64,000 nt of DNA from Azolla caroliniana (taxonomy: Eukaryota; Plantae; Polypodiophyta). A model generated the notes under the pieces. It ran no database searches and had not been told where the DNA came from. It worked only from the letters and a program-made list of their open reading frames with translations. The stretch is from assembly GCA_043228905.1 (NCBI GenBank), contig JBHGNT010000001.1, positions 19,964,001 to 20,028,000 on the forward strand, given 5' to 3'. Each line of letters begins with the position of its first letter. The stretch's first letter is position 1. The translations under genes were made by a program, and so were the position numbers. This document shows positions 25,301 through 39,500 of this stretch, piece by piece.

Positions 25301-26965
25301 TCATGCAACGATTGCTTCGGTTGGGCTTTGCGACATCACAATCGGACTCCTCATTGTTCATCCGGAAAGGTCGACTCGGGCCGATTAGCATTTTACTTTA
25401 TGTTGATGACTTGGTCATCACCAGCGCCGACCTAAGTGAAATCAACGGCGTGAAGCTCCGGCTTGCGACATCATTCGACATGAAGGATCTGGGGGACCTT
25501 CATTACTTCCTCAGGATCGAAGTGATCCGCACCCCCGAAGGCATACTGATCAACCAATGCCATTACGTGCTGAGTATGCTCTTCAAATTCAGGATGGCCG
25601 ACTGTCGGTCCATCTCAACTCCTCTTGAAAGAACCGTCAAGCTTCGCCCCGATTCTGGCAAGGTATGCGACCCGACGAGGTTCCGACAGATAGTCAAAAG
25701 CCTTATATACTTGACCATCACCCGACCAGATCTCTGCTACCCGGTCGGGGTGATTAGTCAGTTCATGGCGCGACCGACCGAGGAGCCCCTTCAGTGTGCA
25801 CGACGCGTACTCTGGTATGTCAGTGGCACTAAGGCCCGGGGGCTACTATATCGGACCGATACAACCGCGCAGTTGGTCGGTTACACCGATGCTGATTGGG
25901 CCGGAAACGCCACCGATCGCCGATCCACGTCCGGGTTCGCGTTCTCTCTTGGGAGTGTTGCGATCGCGTGGAGTAGCAAGAAGAAGCCGATAGTTGCGTT
26001 ATCGAGCACCGAAGCCGAGTATAGAGGAGCGGTTTTCGCGACATGCGAAGCCATATGGTTGAAGCAGCTACTTAAGGATCTGCAAGTGGAGGTATCCGAT
26101 CCAACCACAATCTACTGCGACAACCTCAATAGTATCCAGCTCGCAAAGAACCCCGTTTTCCATGCCCGGACAAAGCACATTGAGGTGCACTACCATTTCG
26201 TTTGTGAGCGTGTCCTCTCTGGTGAAGTCGAACTTCAGTATGTTCCGACGGATCGGTAGATCACCGACATCTTCACCAAGCCTCTTGGTTTGGACAAGTT
26301 GCGGCAATTCTCAGGAGCGCTTGGGTTGTATCACCTCGACATGCAGACCTTGAGGGGGAGAGACATCCATGATGACCACGGAAGGGAGCAAGAAAGGAGC
26401 GGAAAAGACCATGACGCCGAGTCTGATGACGAATTCGACATCCATGATGACCACGGAAGGGAGCAGGAAAGGAGTGAAAAAGACCGTGACGCCGAGTCTG
26501 ATGACGAATTAGATTTTGGATCAGTTGAAGAAGCCGAGGGCGGACCCGCGGAAGATTCCAAAAGTGGACATAAGGGGAGCGGTCGAAAGAAAGAGCCGAA
26601 GCCAACCAAGCGAGGGGGAGACGAAGCCATCAAGGGCGAGAAGACCGAAGACGAGTTGGAGGTAGCCACCTCAGATGAGAGCGAAAACCGATCGAAGGAA
26701 GCCGAGTCGGTACGGATGTTTGATTCGGATACGCTGAATAAACCAAGGGCCAAGCGGAAGAGAAGGCAGCAGAAGAGGCGCCAACACCGCAACAGCAAGG
26801 AAGCTGAGAAGGGCCGTGTCAGCAAACAAGCCAACCGGAAGGGTAGAGGCGCGCGGAATCGAACAGGTCGAGGACCGCGAGCAAGGCGTGAAGTCAGAAG
26901 GAACCAGAGCATAGAACCGAAAGAGTAGATGGAACCTCAAGTTGAGCTTGAGGGGGAGTGTTGAG
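22348..26965 (+). pseudogene. C gag-pol with stops and small deletions
   Basis: ECWYCGKKGH, WYVDSSASNHM, LLYVDDLV, YCDNLNSI; deletions near 24145, 24497 and 25170 relative to B. Confidence 0.92.
26362..26511 (+). repeat. 75-bp in-frame tandem duplication in the C pol tail
   Basis: GACATCCATGATGACCACGGAAGGGAGCA starts at both 26362 and 26437. Confidence 0.92.
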
Positions 26966-27453
26966 ATACAAGCTCAACATTGGCCGGATCAGCTGTGCAA
27001 GCCGAGAATCGGATCGGTTGGGACCGATCAGTTAGGCCGGACCAGTGCGTAACAAGAGGCCGTATCGGTGTGTAAACCGAAAGGCCGTTAGAGAGATATT
27101 CCTCGTAAGGAATAATTTTGGGAGTGAGTGTCGAGGCTCATTTATGAGCAGTCAAGTACTGTCAGTACTTGTGTCAGCCCGATTGTCAGGGCTTGTATAA
27201 AAGGTGCTCACTAAGCACGGTGTACAAATAGAGAGTATTAATTTGAATTTAGTTTTTTAGTGTGCTCTCTCTCTGTCTCTCCCGCGTACTATGTATACTC
27301 AAGCTCTCCATTAAACCTACGTATTTTCTGTGTGTTTGGTTTTCTATTGCTTCTGCACATAATCTTTTTCAGTAAGCCTTCTGGGGTGCAAATCACTTCG
27401 ATCCCTAGGAAGTAATGAAGGTCCCCTATGTCCTTCATGGCGAATGATGACGT

Positions 27454-28298
27454 TGTCGCGAAGCTTCACGCATGTGTGTTAGTTGGGCGGGACCACGGGG
27501 ATCTTGGACTAGGGAATGGACAGGAAATGGGAGTTTATCCCTTCCGGCCTTCGAGCTCAAAAGGGGAGGAGAAAGAAGAAGAGATTAACACAATAGAGAA
27601 ATAGATCAAGTCAAGGTTAAATAAACAAATTACACTATAAGGCATGAAAGCCATGATATGATTACAACCGCGGCCATAAGCCAGACTCAAAAAGCACAAA
27701 TAGAAGAAAACCCAAGCGAATAGGAAGAAGAACTAAACCCTAATCGAGAGAAGGGAAATGATACGAAAGGGGAACCTAAAACCGAAACCCTAAAACGAAA
27801 TCAGGGAAAAGATGATGAAGAAAATCCTAACGGTCTACCTCTAATGACAAAAATGGCGACTCCCCAAAGAAAACCCAAAAGTGGAAGCCCCTCAAAAATG
27901 GCCCCTCACTCCCTTTTATAGTAGTAAGGTGTGAGGCACATTACATAAAGAAGAGGTCAACCCCCCCTTCTTTCAATGGGGGAATATTTGGCCTTGATCT
28001 TAGGAGGAGAGATTCATGGAGCCTTAACTCCCTCTCCTCACAGACACACTATGCCCACTACTCACTACACCCGTAATTCATGTACTCTCCCTTTAGTCTA
28101 CATGTGCATGTGCACATAAGTGCACATCACATTTACACTTTATGAATCTTTGTAGTGCACTTTTAACACCTTACATTTACCCTTCCTTTTTTACATTTGT
28201 TTCTTTTACAAATCTTCCAAGTGCATGTGCAATATTGCACATCCCCATTTTATCCATCCCACTTGGTTTTCTCAGCATGGCCGAAAATCCTCACGACA
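27454..28298 (-). repeat. D 3' LTR
   Basis: Matches 49814-50551 except for a ~107-bp indel; ends TGTCGCGA and TCACGACA. Confidence 0.93.
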
Positions 28299-28475
28299 TC
28301 CACCCCAACCAAACCGCACATCCACCGATATGTGCCAAGAAAGGGAAAGAGGTGAGATTTTCGACAATGGTGATTAACCAAGTTCCGCCGCTTCCTCGTT
28401 GGCCTTGCCCAACTTCGTCTTTCCCATACGAACATCGTAACCTCCCGATCCATTGTGTTCGTCACATGTCCCCGA

Positions 28476-31400
28476 TGTTGGGGACAAGGTCGTCAGTGCG
28501 GAAGAACAAACCACATCTGTGATGTTGAAGGACTTGTGTATGAGAATGAAACAAGATACAGAGAGAGAGAGAGAGAGAGCGATATAGGCACAAAAGAAAC
28601 CTTATATTTCTCAATAGCAATAGTTACAAAATAACAACACACCTTTAACTAAAGGTTACAAAGTCACTTTATATAGTGACTATCTTAGGGCAACTGCCCT
28701 TTATGCTATTTACAGAAATAGCCCAAACTTGGGCAGTCTAAAAGGACAGTGTGAATACGGCCATTATACACTCGTATTCGACACTCCCCCGTAATGGGCG
28801 TATACATGGGTTATACTAAAGTTACAAGTATATACAAGGTGGTCGGACAGATCGGTTTTGTTCGAGTCAGCAGGGTCTGAAGACTGAAGCCCGAACCGGC
28901 CGGGTCGGAAGAGCTGAAGCCGATCCTCAAAGAACCGATGTCTGTTGTCCGAAACCATCCTGTGTTGTGTGTTCGACTTTAACCGGACCGATTTTTTGTT
29001 ACGCCCATCTTGTGCCGAAGGGACCGGAAACGATCCGCCGAAAGACACTTGGTCATTCCATCTGCAACATTATTGGTTATGGATATTTTCTCAAGACCGA
29101 TTTTCCCTGAAATTATGCAGCCCCGAACGAAGTGATATCAAACGTTGATACGCTTGGAGGCGTTGTGGTGAACCGGATTCTTTAACAAAGCAACAACACC
29201 CTGACTGTCGTTGTAGACAATTGGAGCCGAGTCGGAGTCGACTTGTCAAAACGTGTGCGCTAGCCGACCGAGCCATAAGGTTTCTTTTGCCGCATCGGAC
29301 GCAGCTACATATTCTGCTTCGGTCGTTGAGGTGGTTGTGCACTCCTGGAGTTTTGACTTCCACGAGATTGCTCCATTGCCGAATTTGAAGCAATATCCGG
29401 TTGTTGATTTCCGACTGTCCACACAGCCCGCGAAGTCCGAGTCGGTGTAACCGACTACGCCTGAGGTTGGGTTCGGGCCAAACAGGATGTCGTGGTCTTT
29501 TGTGCCAGCTAGATATCTGAACACATGCTTGACTGCATTCTAGTGCAATCGGCATGGGTTCTGCATGAATCTGTTGACGACTCCTACGATGTGAGAAATA
29601 TCAGGCCGTGTCGCGACCATCGCGTACATAAGGGAGCCGACTGTCGGTGCATACGGTACCAACTTCATATCTTCCCCCTCCAAACCAGATGTCGGGAGGT
29701 CTCGTTGAGACAGCCGAAGGTTAATGGGGAGTGGGATCGAAGCAGACTTGGCCGAGTGCATGTTGAAGCGTTCCAAGACACGTCCGATGTAGTCGGTTTG
29801 AGACAAGAAAAGTTGTCGTGTATCGCGATGCCGACCAATCTTCATACCAAGTATGTGTCTTGCCGAACCAAGGTCCTTCATGGCAAACTTCAACCGCAGT
29901 TTCCGAACAAGTTCGGTGAGCTCTCCGGCATGTCGGCTGGAGAGTAGCATGTCGTCCACGTAAATGATGAGGAGGATGAGAGACCCATCTTGACCTGTTT
30001 TGGTGAAGAGACAATGCTCCTCATCGCTCTTAGAGAAGCCGACCAACTGGATGAAGTCGTCGAACTTTTTGTACCACTATAGGGGTGCTTGTTTCAGGTT
30101 GTATAAACTCTTCCTGAGTCGGCAGACTAGATGTTCCTAGCCGGATGCCACAAAGCCTTTTGGCTGCTCCATATAGATTTCCTCCTGTAGGTCAACGTGG
30201 AGGAATGTCGTTTTTACATCTAGCTAAATCAGCTCCAAGTTGTCGGCGGCCACAATGCCGAGCATGAAACGAAGGGTTGTCATTTTCACCACTAGTGAAA
30301 AGATTTCGTCAAAGTCGACGCCATATTCTTGTCGAAATCCCTTCACAACTAATCTGGCCTTGTACTTTGAGTTGGTCAAGTTGGACGTCTCTTTTAGTCG
30401 ATAGACCCACTTACACGGAAGAGCACGTCGATTCTTCGATAATTCAACCAAGTCCCAAGTCTTATTTGCGTGAATGGAGTGCATTTCCAACTCCATCGCC
30501 AAATGCCAGGTGGTTGAGTCGGCAGATGCCGATGCTTCTTCGTAAGACGTCGGTTCGCCGGCATCGGTAAAGAAAATTCCAGGAGAGTACCTTTCCGGAG
30601 GTTCCGATAGTCTCTCGGATCTTCGAGGTATGACTGGACTGGTCGCACGGGGTATAGATGTCGGATGGTCGAAAGCTGATCCATTCGGCTGTGTTGAATC
30701 GGTGGATTCAAGACGAGAGGTGTCGGTTACCTGTGAAACCTATCTCGTGTTGTGGGCTGGGCTTTCATGAAAGGTTGGCACTTCGGAAAATATTACCCTT
30801 CTGACTTCAATAGGCCTTTCGGCCGTTTTATGCATAGCCGACTCGTTGAACACGATTTCCGAACTTCGGACGATTTGTCTGTGCTCGGGGTCCCAGAGTC
30901 GGTATCTAATCTCGTTGTCGGGTCCATATCCAAGGAAAACACATTTCCTTGATCTTTGTTTGAGTTTCCTACAGTCGTCTTTCGGTATGAGGGCATACGC
31001 CTCGCAGCCGAAGATCCTCAGCTTGTCATAATTCGGCGTACTGCTGGTCCATATTTCCTGAGGTATTTTAAGTCCTCGAGGTCTACTTGGCGACATATTT
31101 ATGATGTGTACTACCGTAAGTAGAGCCTCTGCCCAGAAGCCATCCGATAGTCCAGAGTGTTGGAGCATGGATATTATGCATTCTTGAATCATCTAATTCA
31201 TGCGTTCTGCAATTCCGTTCTGCTCCGGACTATAAGGTGTCGTATATTCACGTCGAATGCTGCATTCCCGGAAAAATTTGACGAATTCTTCAGACTTGAA
31301 TTCCCCTCTATTGTCGGTTCGGAGACATTTCAGTTTCCGACCGGTCTAATTTTCGACCATTGCAAGCCATTCAAGGAAGATCGAGAACACCCGATCTTTG

Positions 31401-33966
31401 GTTCTAATGGGGTAAGCCCACACCTTCTGAGTCGAGTCGTCAATAAAACTAACGAAGTACGAAGCACCGCCGAGAGACTGATGTGGCATCGGGCCACAGA
31501 CGTCCGAGTGGACCAAATCGAGGGGACTTGATTCCCTTGGTGCTGATGTCTGGTGTGATGTGGCTACCTATTTGCCGTATTAGCAATGCTCACAGAATTG
31601 GTGATCCGAGAAGGAGAGTTTAGGGATGTAACCGGCTTTGGATAGGTGCGTTATGCCGGACTTACTGAGATGTCCAAGTCGTCTGTGCCATAACGATGAC
31701 ACGGGGATATCAACCAAAAATAAGTCACCCTCTTTGAGTGTGACATATAAAGGATACAAGGAATGTACCTTTGGTCCTCGAGCAAGCAGGAGGTTCCCTT
31801 TGTGGAGTGCCCACCCTCCTGATGAGAATCCGGCACGGATGCCGGCTTCGTCAAGATGTTCGACTGAGATCAAGGGTCTTGAGAGCTCAGGAACGTGTCG
31901 GATGTTGTGTAGTACGAGTGTAGAGCCACCCGGAAGGTTGAGCTCTACGGTGCCGATTCCGATTATAGCACAGTGATGCGAGTTTCCGACTTGAACTGAG
32001 TCAGAGTGCCGGTCCGAGTATTGCCGAAACTGAGATTGGTGAGGTGTCACATGATACGATGTGCCCAAGTCCAGGAGCCATGTGCTCGATTCCTCAGTCG
32101 TAAGCAGAACTTCTGATTCGACTGGGTTCTCTATGGACAGTATGTTCGGGTCAGTCGTCAAAATTTCGGCTAAAGAGCCGACGTAGTTGACCTCCTCATG
32201 CCGGCTACTCTTCTGATCCACTCTCTGATCTTTGTCGGTTTTTGCTTTTAGTGCCCAGTAGTCGGCTTTGATGTGTCTCGGTTTCTTGTAGTAGTTGTAG
32301 ATTCGGTTGTCCCAGGACTTGCTCCGGCTTCGCTGATTGTTCGGCGGTCAGGAAGAACTTCTTCCCCGGTTGTTCGATTGGTCAGTCAAACCTTGTACTA
32401 CGTAAGCTTCATCTGCCGAGTCTTTGGCGAAAAACTTTCTCCAAGCTACTTCAGTCAGGATTGCGCTCGTGACTTCGGAGTACTTAATGGAAGTTGTTGA
32501 AGCATTGCACACGGTTGTAACAAAAGTTTCCCATGAAGAGGGGAGACTACTCATGAGTATCATTGCTCTGACTTCATCCTCGATTGCCGTCCCCTGAGAC
32601 GAGATTTGGGAGCTTATGCTTTCGTACTCGTTGAGGTGTGCCTGAACCGAATTTGATTCTTTCATCCGCAAGTTTTAGAGGCGCCGGATCAGATACATCT
32701 TCGTTGCCGCAACCTTCTTTTCATAAGTTTCCGACAATGTTTTCCAAAGTTCAAAAGTTGTCGTGCATGATTGCACTGTGAAGTACACTAACTCCGACAA
32801 GTGCATCCGAATCGTGGCGTGGACAATTCTATCCAGCTTTAGCCACTCGTTTGCCTTGTATGATTCTGGAGGATTTTCATTCTCAATCGCGTCTATCTGA
32901 CCCTTGACTATGAGATAGTCCTGCATTTGTTCCTTCCAGAAGTTGAAGTTCGAACCGTCGAACCGTTGAAGTTGATGTTGATGCCATCTAATTCGGTTTC
33001 GGTTGGTAAGACTCGGTTTGGAGTTGACTACGAACCTTAGTGGGGTGTAGCTAGACGGCTCACTCAATATCGTTCTAGTCGGTTTTGAACCCGAGTCAGT
33101 TTGGTTTCGGATACTTGTTGTTGAACTTGCTCGGAGTGACTGCGGTAACTTGAGGGACAGAACCGGCTGGTCTTCCCGAATGTTGCCGAGTCGGAGTGAG
33201 CTGACTTAGCTTCCGATTGTATGCCGAATACCGATTACGAGAAACCGATTATTTGGGCCGATTCTGCTTCGGATGATTGTAGCAATGAGAGGGACGGATC
33301 CTACTTATCCTCCCGAATGTCAATCAGCCGAATGAAGCACGAATTTGGTTGTTGCCAGGAGACCAATCTGCAGCGGGTAGTTACAACAAGCGAGTGAATA
33401 GCGTCCGCAACCTATTCGGATGTCATTTAACCGAACAAAGCATGATTGGGTCGGTTGTTGCACAAGGAGCTCCCCTCAAGCGGTTACAATCACAGGAATA
33501 GAGTAGAGTCGGCTGGCTTACTCCAATTTGTGATTTAACACAGTGAGATGCGAGCTTTTTGTTTTTCTTATCCCTTCTCTGTTCTTCAAAGAAAATGTAA
33601 ACAGAATGTTGTGTGGTGTACTATGACGGCCGACAGCGGGTTGAAGAACCTCCAACGCTCTGATACCAAATGTTGGGGACAAGGTCATCAATGCGGAAGA
33701 ACAAACCACATCTGTGATGTTGAAGGACCTGTGTATGAGAATGAAACAAGATACACACACACAGAGATAGGCACAAAAGAAACGTTATATTTCTCAATAG
33801 CAACAGTTACAAAATAATAACACACCTTTAACTAAAGGTTACAAAGTCACTTTATATAGTGACTATCTTAGGGCAACTGCCCTTTATGCTATTTACAGAA
33901 ATAACCCAAACTTTGGTTGTCCAAAAGGACAGTGTGAATACGGCCATTATACACTCGTATTTGACA
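28476..33966 (-). mobile_element. Ty1/copia element G, complete but degenerate, inserted in D
   Basis: LTRs 28476-28783 and 33671-33966; TSD CCCGA; iMet PBS 33657-33668; PPT 28784-28791. Confidence 0.96.
29050..33067 (-). pseudogene. G gag-pol
   Basis: FDGSNFNFWKEQM, LMSSLPSSWETFV, WLLDLGTSYHVT, LWHRRLGH, IIYVDDML, YTDSDFAG. Confidence 0.92.
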
Positions 33967-34182
33967 CCCGAACCATCGGCTCCATCCGATCCACCATATA
34001 TGATGGTCACACCTTCCTCCCCAGCTGGTCATAGTAGACCTCCTGAACGATGTCGTCGATCTGATCGCTCTTCCTTTGTCCGCCGCGTGTGTCCTCCGAT
34101 TGGATTCCCGACCACTCCAACCGCATGTTGGATACCATCCTTCACGCACCTCGTATGTTCCTCCTTCGGCCCGATCGTCTCC

Positions 34183-35822
34183 TCATCCCAAGCACCTAGG
34201 CGTGCCATCTCCCTCCGTTCCGTGCTTGCCTTCCTTAGGCTCTACCCACGCATCGATGCTGACCTCCGAATACACACTCCTTCTTAGGTCATTATGTGAC
34301 CACATTACGCGTTCCCCATTTCGCCCTTGCCCGTTGTGCTCTCTCACGGTAGGGTGTACCTCCATCCCGAACTCTGCGTCGGGGATCCCCGCTTCAGTGT
34401 CCTCCAGGGCTCTCGTTACTGCTTCGTCTTGATGCACACCCTCTCGGCCCACTCGGCCCCATCCATCCTTTGGGATGCCATGTTTGCTCTTCCCAGTGCG
34501 TAACCCTTCGTTCTCCACGCACCTCCTCCATTTCCCTAGACACGACCCTCCGCTCATGCCGATCTTGCTCGGTTCTTTCCGTCGATCTCGCCACCTGGTG
34601 GCGCCGTCTTTCTTCTCGTACTTGCCTCTCAAAGGCTCGACCCGACCACTATCGTCGGTCACTCGTTGCGGCTCCTCCGGGTGCATGCTTGTTTCTTGGA
34701 CCTTGAGCGGCCGTAGTGCATGCTTCACTTTTTGCCCTTCATTCGCCGTAGTCCCGACCTCCGCGTCGAACTCTCCCCCCTTCATGGTTGTCATTCCGCA
34801 CCGGATACATGCTTCGGCATCGTCATCCGCTTCGATCTCCAACTCCTCGCCGCCACCCACCGTCTCTTCGGTCTTATATTGGCACTCGAGCGCAACCGTC
34901 CTAGCCTCCGGCACTGGTGTCAAGGGGTCTCGCCTCCATCCGGTCCAATCTTCCTCCTTCGCCTTGTCGTCGTCTTGGTCGCCTGCCTTGGCGCAGCCAC
35001 CGTCCCTCTCTCCGGTCTCAGCTGGGCCCTCATGGCCGACTGCCAAAGTCTCAAGAACCGGTGTGAGCAAGGTCCCGGCAGCACCACTCGTCATGTCCGT
35101 AGCCACCTCCATCCGGAAGTCGTTGTCTGTGGCTATCTCGTGCCCGATCGCGCAAGCCTCGATTACGCTTGCTTCCTCCCCGCTCAATGTTTCGGGAAAC
35201 CGTGTCCCAAAACTTCCGCCCACTCTCGAAGTGGCGCTCCCTGCTCCGTAGTTTCAGGCCTTCTCCATGGTCGTCCCTTTTCCTCAAGACGAGAGAGTCG
35301 CTCGCTCTGCACCCTCTCCCATGTCGCCATCATACGCTCTTTTGGCCTCCACATAGGCCCTGTCCTCCGTGCGCAGGGAGGAGTACTCCTCCGCATCCTC
35401 CGATCCTCTCGGACCCGACTCCTTAATAAACCCCTCTTCGGCTTCGATCTTTGACTTCACGATCTCGTATGCCTCCCGTATCAATGCTGCTAGGTCGAAC
35501 TCCTCTGAACCATTACGCGTTGAGCTCTCTTCCGGTGATAGTGCGTAGTCACTCAGCACCCTCTCTTCTCCGTCACTCGTGGGCCGTGTTGTGGCCGACC
35601 GCTTCTCATCGTGTTGCCGGCATACCCACTCCACTTCGGACCAATCATCGGTGAGGCCATTTGCTCCATGATCATCTTCGAGCTCGAATAAAATGTCTAT
35701 CCTTTCCTCCCGATGGACCGTCTTAAAAAATAGGAGGACTTTGCCTGCCCCCACCGATCTCTGATCCCGCTCCAAGAGTTGAGCAAAACGACGCTCGAAC
35801 TCTTGGAATGTGTCCATCACAC
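34183..35822 (-). pseudogene. D gag-like region followed by a Glu/Gly/Thr-rich ORF of unknown function
   Basis: FQEFERRFAQL...KVLLFFK...GLTDDWSEV resembles E gag (EFESRFAQL...KVLFFM...GLTIDWVTV); downstream 346-aa ORF has no PR, RT or IN motif. Confidence 0.65.
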
Positions 35823-36523
35823 TGTCGTGAAGATTCCGGGCCATAGGTAGAAACAAGGTGAAACCCGGTTTACGCAAGTGCACGCCTCGAGAGAATTAAA
35901 TAGGGAAAGTACTAGGCATGAGTATACAGAGGGGCACTTGGTAGTTAGAGCATTAAAGAAGAAATAGAACATCGCATATGTAGGGAGAGTTACGAGGGGA
36001 GTGAATCAAGGGAGAGAATCTTGGAAGGGAAAGCGACGGGTCATGAATGTTTGTAACGGTCGCCCCTTTGTGCTATAAAGGGGAACACCTTCGACTGTCT
36101 TGAGGATGCCCTTTTTGAGAGGAGAGGATATACAGACGGGAGAGTAAGCACAGATCTTCGGAAGGCGCTTCCCCTGCACACGTCAGACGCCCGAGTGCTC
36201 CCGTCCAGGGGGTCGACATTCCACATGCCAACGTACCTTTGTGTTTGGCTATTGCCAAGCTCTGCGCTCCATCACCGGCTCTGATCCAGTTGTAATCATC
36301 CACAGCACCGTGCACCTATGTTGTTTAATAGAAACCTTCTCTACCTAACAGACGTTGTTCTCAGTGTCTTGCCCGTGTATGTGTCTACGCACAATTCTCT
36401 TACCCTCTCTTGTTCGCTAGCCTTACCTGTTTTCCCGTGGTCTCGAGACCTACGCGATCCTCAAACTCCTCCCTCCTCGTTTTCTCGATTCCTTGGTTCA
36501 AGACCCCCGTGGTCCTGCCCGAC

Positions 36524-39500
36524 CGTCTGGTTAGTGCTCGCGAGGGCGCGAGTGCCCTCGACCGGGCCATAGAACCAACGGTCGGCAAGATAGGCCGATT
36601 CGGCGGAAAGGACACCACGAGTTACTTAGAGGCCTACAAATCTGAAATGGAGATGAGGAACATATCCGAAGATAGACGGCTAGCGGGGTTTCCCCGAGTC
36701 GTAACACCATACATCCATATACAAAGATGGTCGAGATACAAGCAGGCTGTCACGATTGGATGGAATTCGCAAAGGAAGTTCTCGAGAGGTACAACTATGA
36801 TGACTCACTCCAGCTATCAAGAAAGGATTTTATGGACTAGGTCAACAGCCCCGACAAGGGTCAGAATGCTTCGGCGCTCCTCCAGGAGTTCGAGTCACGG
36901 TTCGCGCAACTCTCTAGATTGGACCAAACTGTGCTCGAAACAAGCAAAGTCCTATTTTTCATGACATCTTTCGACTCACGCGTCTGGGAAAGCGTGGGTC
37001 TTCTTCTAGAAACCAACCGAGGTCTCACAATTGACTGGGTGACCGTCAAAGAAGTATGCAGCAGGATTGACAAACACCGAGACAGGAAAGAAAAGGGATC
37101 CTCGTCGGTCGGATCAACTGTCGAAATCAGGGTCGAACCGACGCCGACCCAAATGGAAGAAATGAGGAGGCGGCTCGAGCTAGGTCCAACCCCGACGAAC
37201 ATAATCGCGGGACCTGCAGGCGGCACAGGGCTAGAAGAACTAACAAAGATGGTACGCGACCTCCAGATCGCCCAAGCCCGCCGAAGCGACGAGGGTCAGC
37301 CGCGCGACCGTGACCGTCGGCCAATCAGAGGTGCATATGTTGCGATGCCACTGGGCATGCCTGGAGAGAATGCGCAGACTTCAGAGAAGCGCTCAGGAGT
37401 AATGTAGTCTACCTTTCAAATGGGCAGGTACATGCAAGCGACACACGAAGATTGCTCGACACTAATTTCGGACGAGGTGGCATGAAGAGGTTGCAGCCCG
37501 GCACGTCGAAGCCATCCACTATTCGGCTTCGGCCGGCATCCGAGTAGGGGAAAAGGGTGCCAAACCCGATTCAAACCCTGGGTTTTGGCCAGTTATTCTC
37601 GAGACCTTGACCGGAGGAAGGTTGCAAAAGGGGGACGCGGAGCGCGTAGAAGAACGTGTGCACGAAGTTACCAAGTGGAGTGACCCCGTTGAAGAAAGCA
37701 CTGGCTTTGTGGAAGCCGCGTGCAGGAACTACAAGGCCCTGATCGACGAAAGACGAGCGGGGAAAACCACGGGAGTGGGCCCTTTGGGGATGTATGACAC
37801 CCGAAGCACGCCCAAAAAGAACGATGCCGCTCCGACCGGGTCCCAAGAGAAGGAGAAGGGCAAGATTCCAAGCTTCCACGTAAGCTCGGAAATCGAGAAA
37901 ACAACGAACCTACGAAAGGTTCTAGAGGAGCGAGTTCTCGACAGTCGCATAGAACTCACGCTTAGGGAAGTGCTCAGTATAGCAAGAAGGGAGTTCCACG
38001 ACAGCATCGTGGACCTCGTGAAAAGAAAGTGTCTCGCGACGGAACCGGAGCCCGAGAAGTCGGTTGAGGTGAGGGTGGCACTCCTCGACAAGATTGCCAT
38101 GGAAGACGAGCTCGCGGAGAGCCACTATGCCAAGCCGCACTGGGCAAGAGCTACAACAGAGACCCCGGTTCGAATCGGGAATGTCAAGGAACCAGTAGTG
38201 GCATTAATCGACCACGGGTCGGAAATTAACCTAATGTCCATGGACTTCTACAAAAAGGGAAATTGGCCGATCAACACCAAACACGGGTGGAAGATACGCG
38301 CGGCAACAAGAGCCACGGAAGAGTTGCACGGGGCCTGCCCGAACGTCAAGGTGAGCGTCAGAGACGTCGACATAAACCAGCACTTTTTTGTGCAAGAAAC
38401 GTCCTCCCACCCGGTCATCCTCAGGGAACCATACATCACGGCGGCTAGAATGGAGACGAAAGTGTTGGACAATGGTTCAGCCTATGCGAGGGTAAAAAGT
38501 CAAGACGGCCGTCACTTCGTCCAATTTTTTACCGTTCGAAAGAACCACGAACGAATGATGATAAGCCGGATTTTTAGATAGGGCTATCAAGGCGTGGGGC
38601 CACGATAGTCCGGACAACTGGGAAACTCCCTACACCTGTAAAATAGGTAGGAAAGTTTTGATCTCCAGCAACGGAGGGTGTACCATAGCCAGCATCAGCG
38701 GGAGAGAAAGGAAACGGGCCAAGATACGCTTGAAGACGTGTGGAGCCTTTAGCCACGACGAAGGAATTGGGGAAGCCGTGGAGGTGATCTCGTTCAATGA
38801 CACCTTGGGGGAAATTGGGAAGGTAGTTGAAGGAGGTCTAAGCGAAGACCGAGTCATACCGGTCAACTCGATTGACATGTATGAAGTCATTGTGGACTTC
38901 GAAAGAGGAACCAAGGCGCATCGGATCGCCGGAGTAGACACAAAATACAAGACTGTGGACCAGAAGGTGAAGCCCGTCATGGCCCCCTTACCGGAGGGCA
39001 GCTGGGGACGAATAAAGGGGGTCACTACCGACCCGAGCCTACAAAATCCGACTGGCATAGGACATCGTTTCACCAACAAAACGCTATGAGAGCTGAAGAT
39101 CAGTGGGGGTGGCTTCCTACTGCCGGCGGAAGAGGACCGGTTTAGAAGAATGCTCGAGAGGCACGGGAAGGCCTTCGCATTCTCACCAGGGGAGATCGGG
39201 TGTGTCGACCTGACCATGGTCGAGCCAATGATGATCTTTACAATACCACACATACCATGGAGTCTCAAGCCGATCCCAGTACCGAAAGCTCACATGCTGA
39301 TGCTGATGAAGCTTCTTAAGCAGAAAGTGGAGTTGGGCATCCTCAAACCGTTGAGTGCCCCCTACTCTAACCGGTGGTTTACGGTACCAAAGAAGAACGG
39401 CACGCTGCGGTTCATCCAGGACTTACAGTCGGTCAACAAAGTGACCATCCACAATACGGGGGTCGGGCCTTGATCGATGAGTTCGTTGAAGCCTTCGCCG

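Larger units (their letters stand above)
21852..27371 (+). mobile_element. Ty1/copia element C (B/K/H family), inserted antisense in K RT
   Basis: LTRs 21852-22263 and 26959-27371; TSD GTAAG; PBS TGGTATCAGAGC 22264-22275; PPT ~26948-26958. Confidence 0.97.

Noticed and set aside
26290-26928. env-like gene downstream of pol
   Set aside because: The tail is contiguous with RNase H, highly charged, and has no signal peptide or transmembrane segment
27449-27453. TSD for element D
   Set aside because: Left GACGT and right CCGCG do not match; boundaries rest on LTR ends and host continuity
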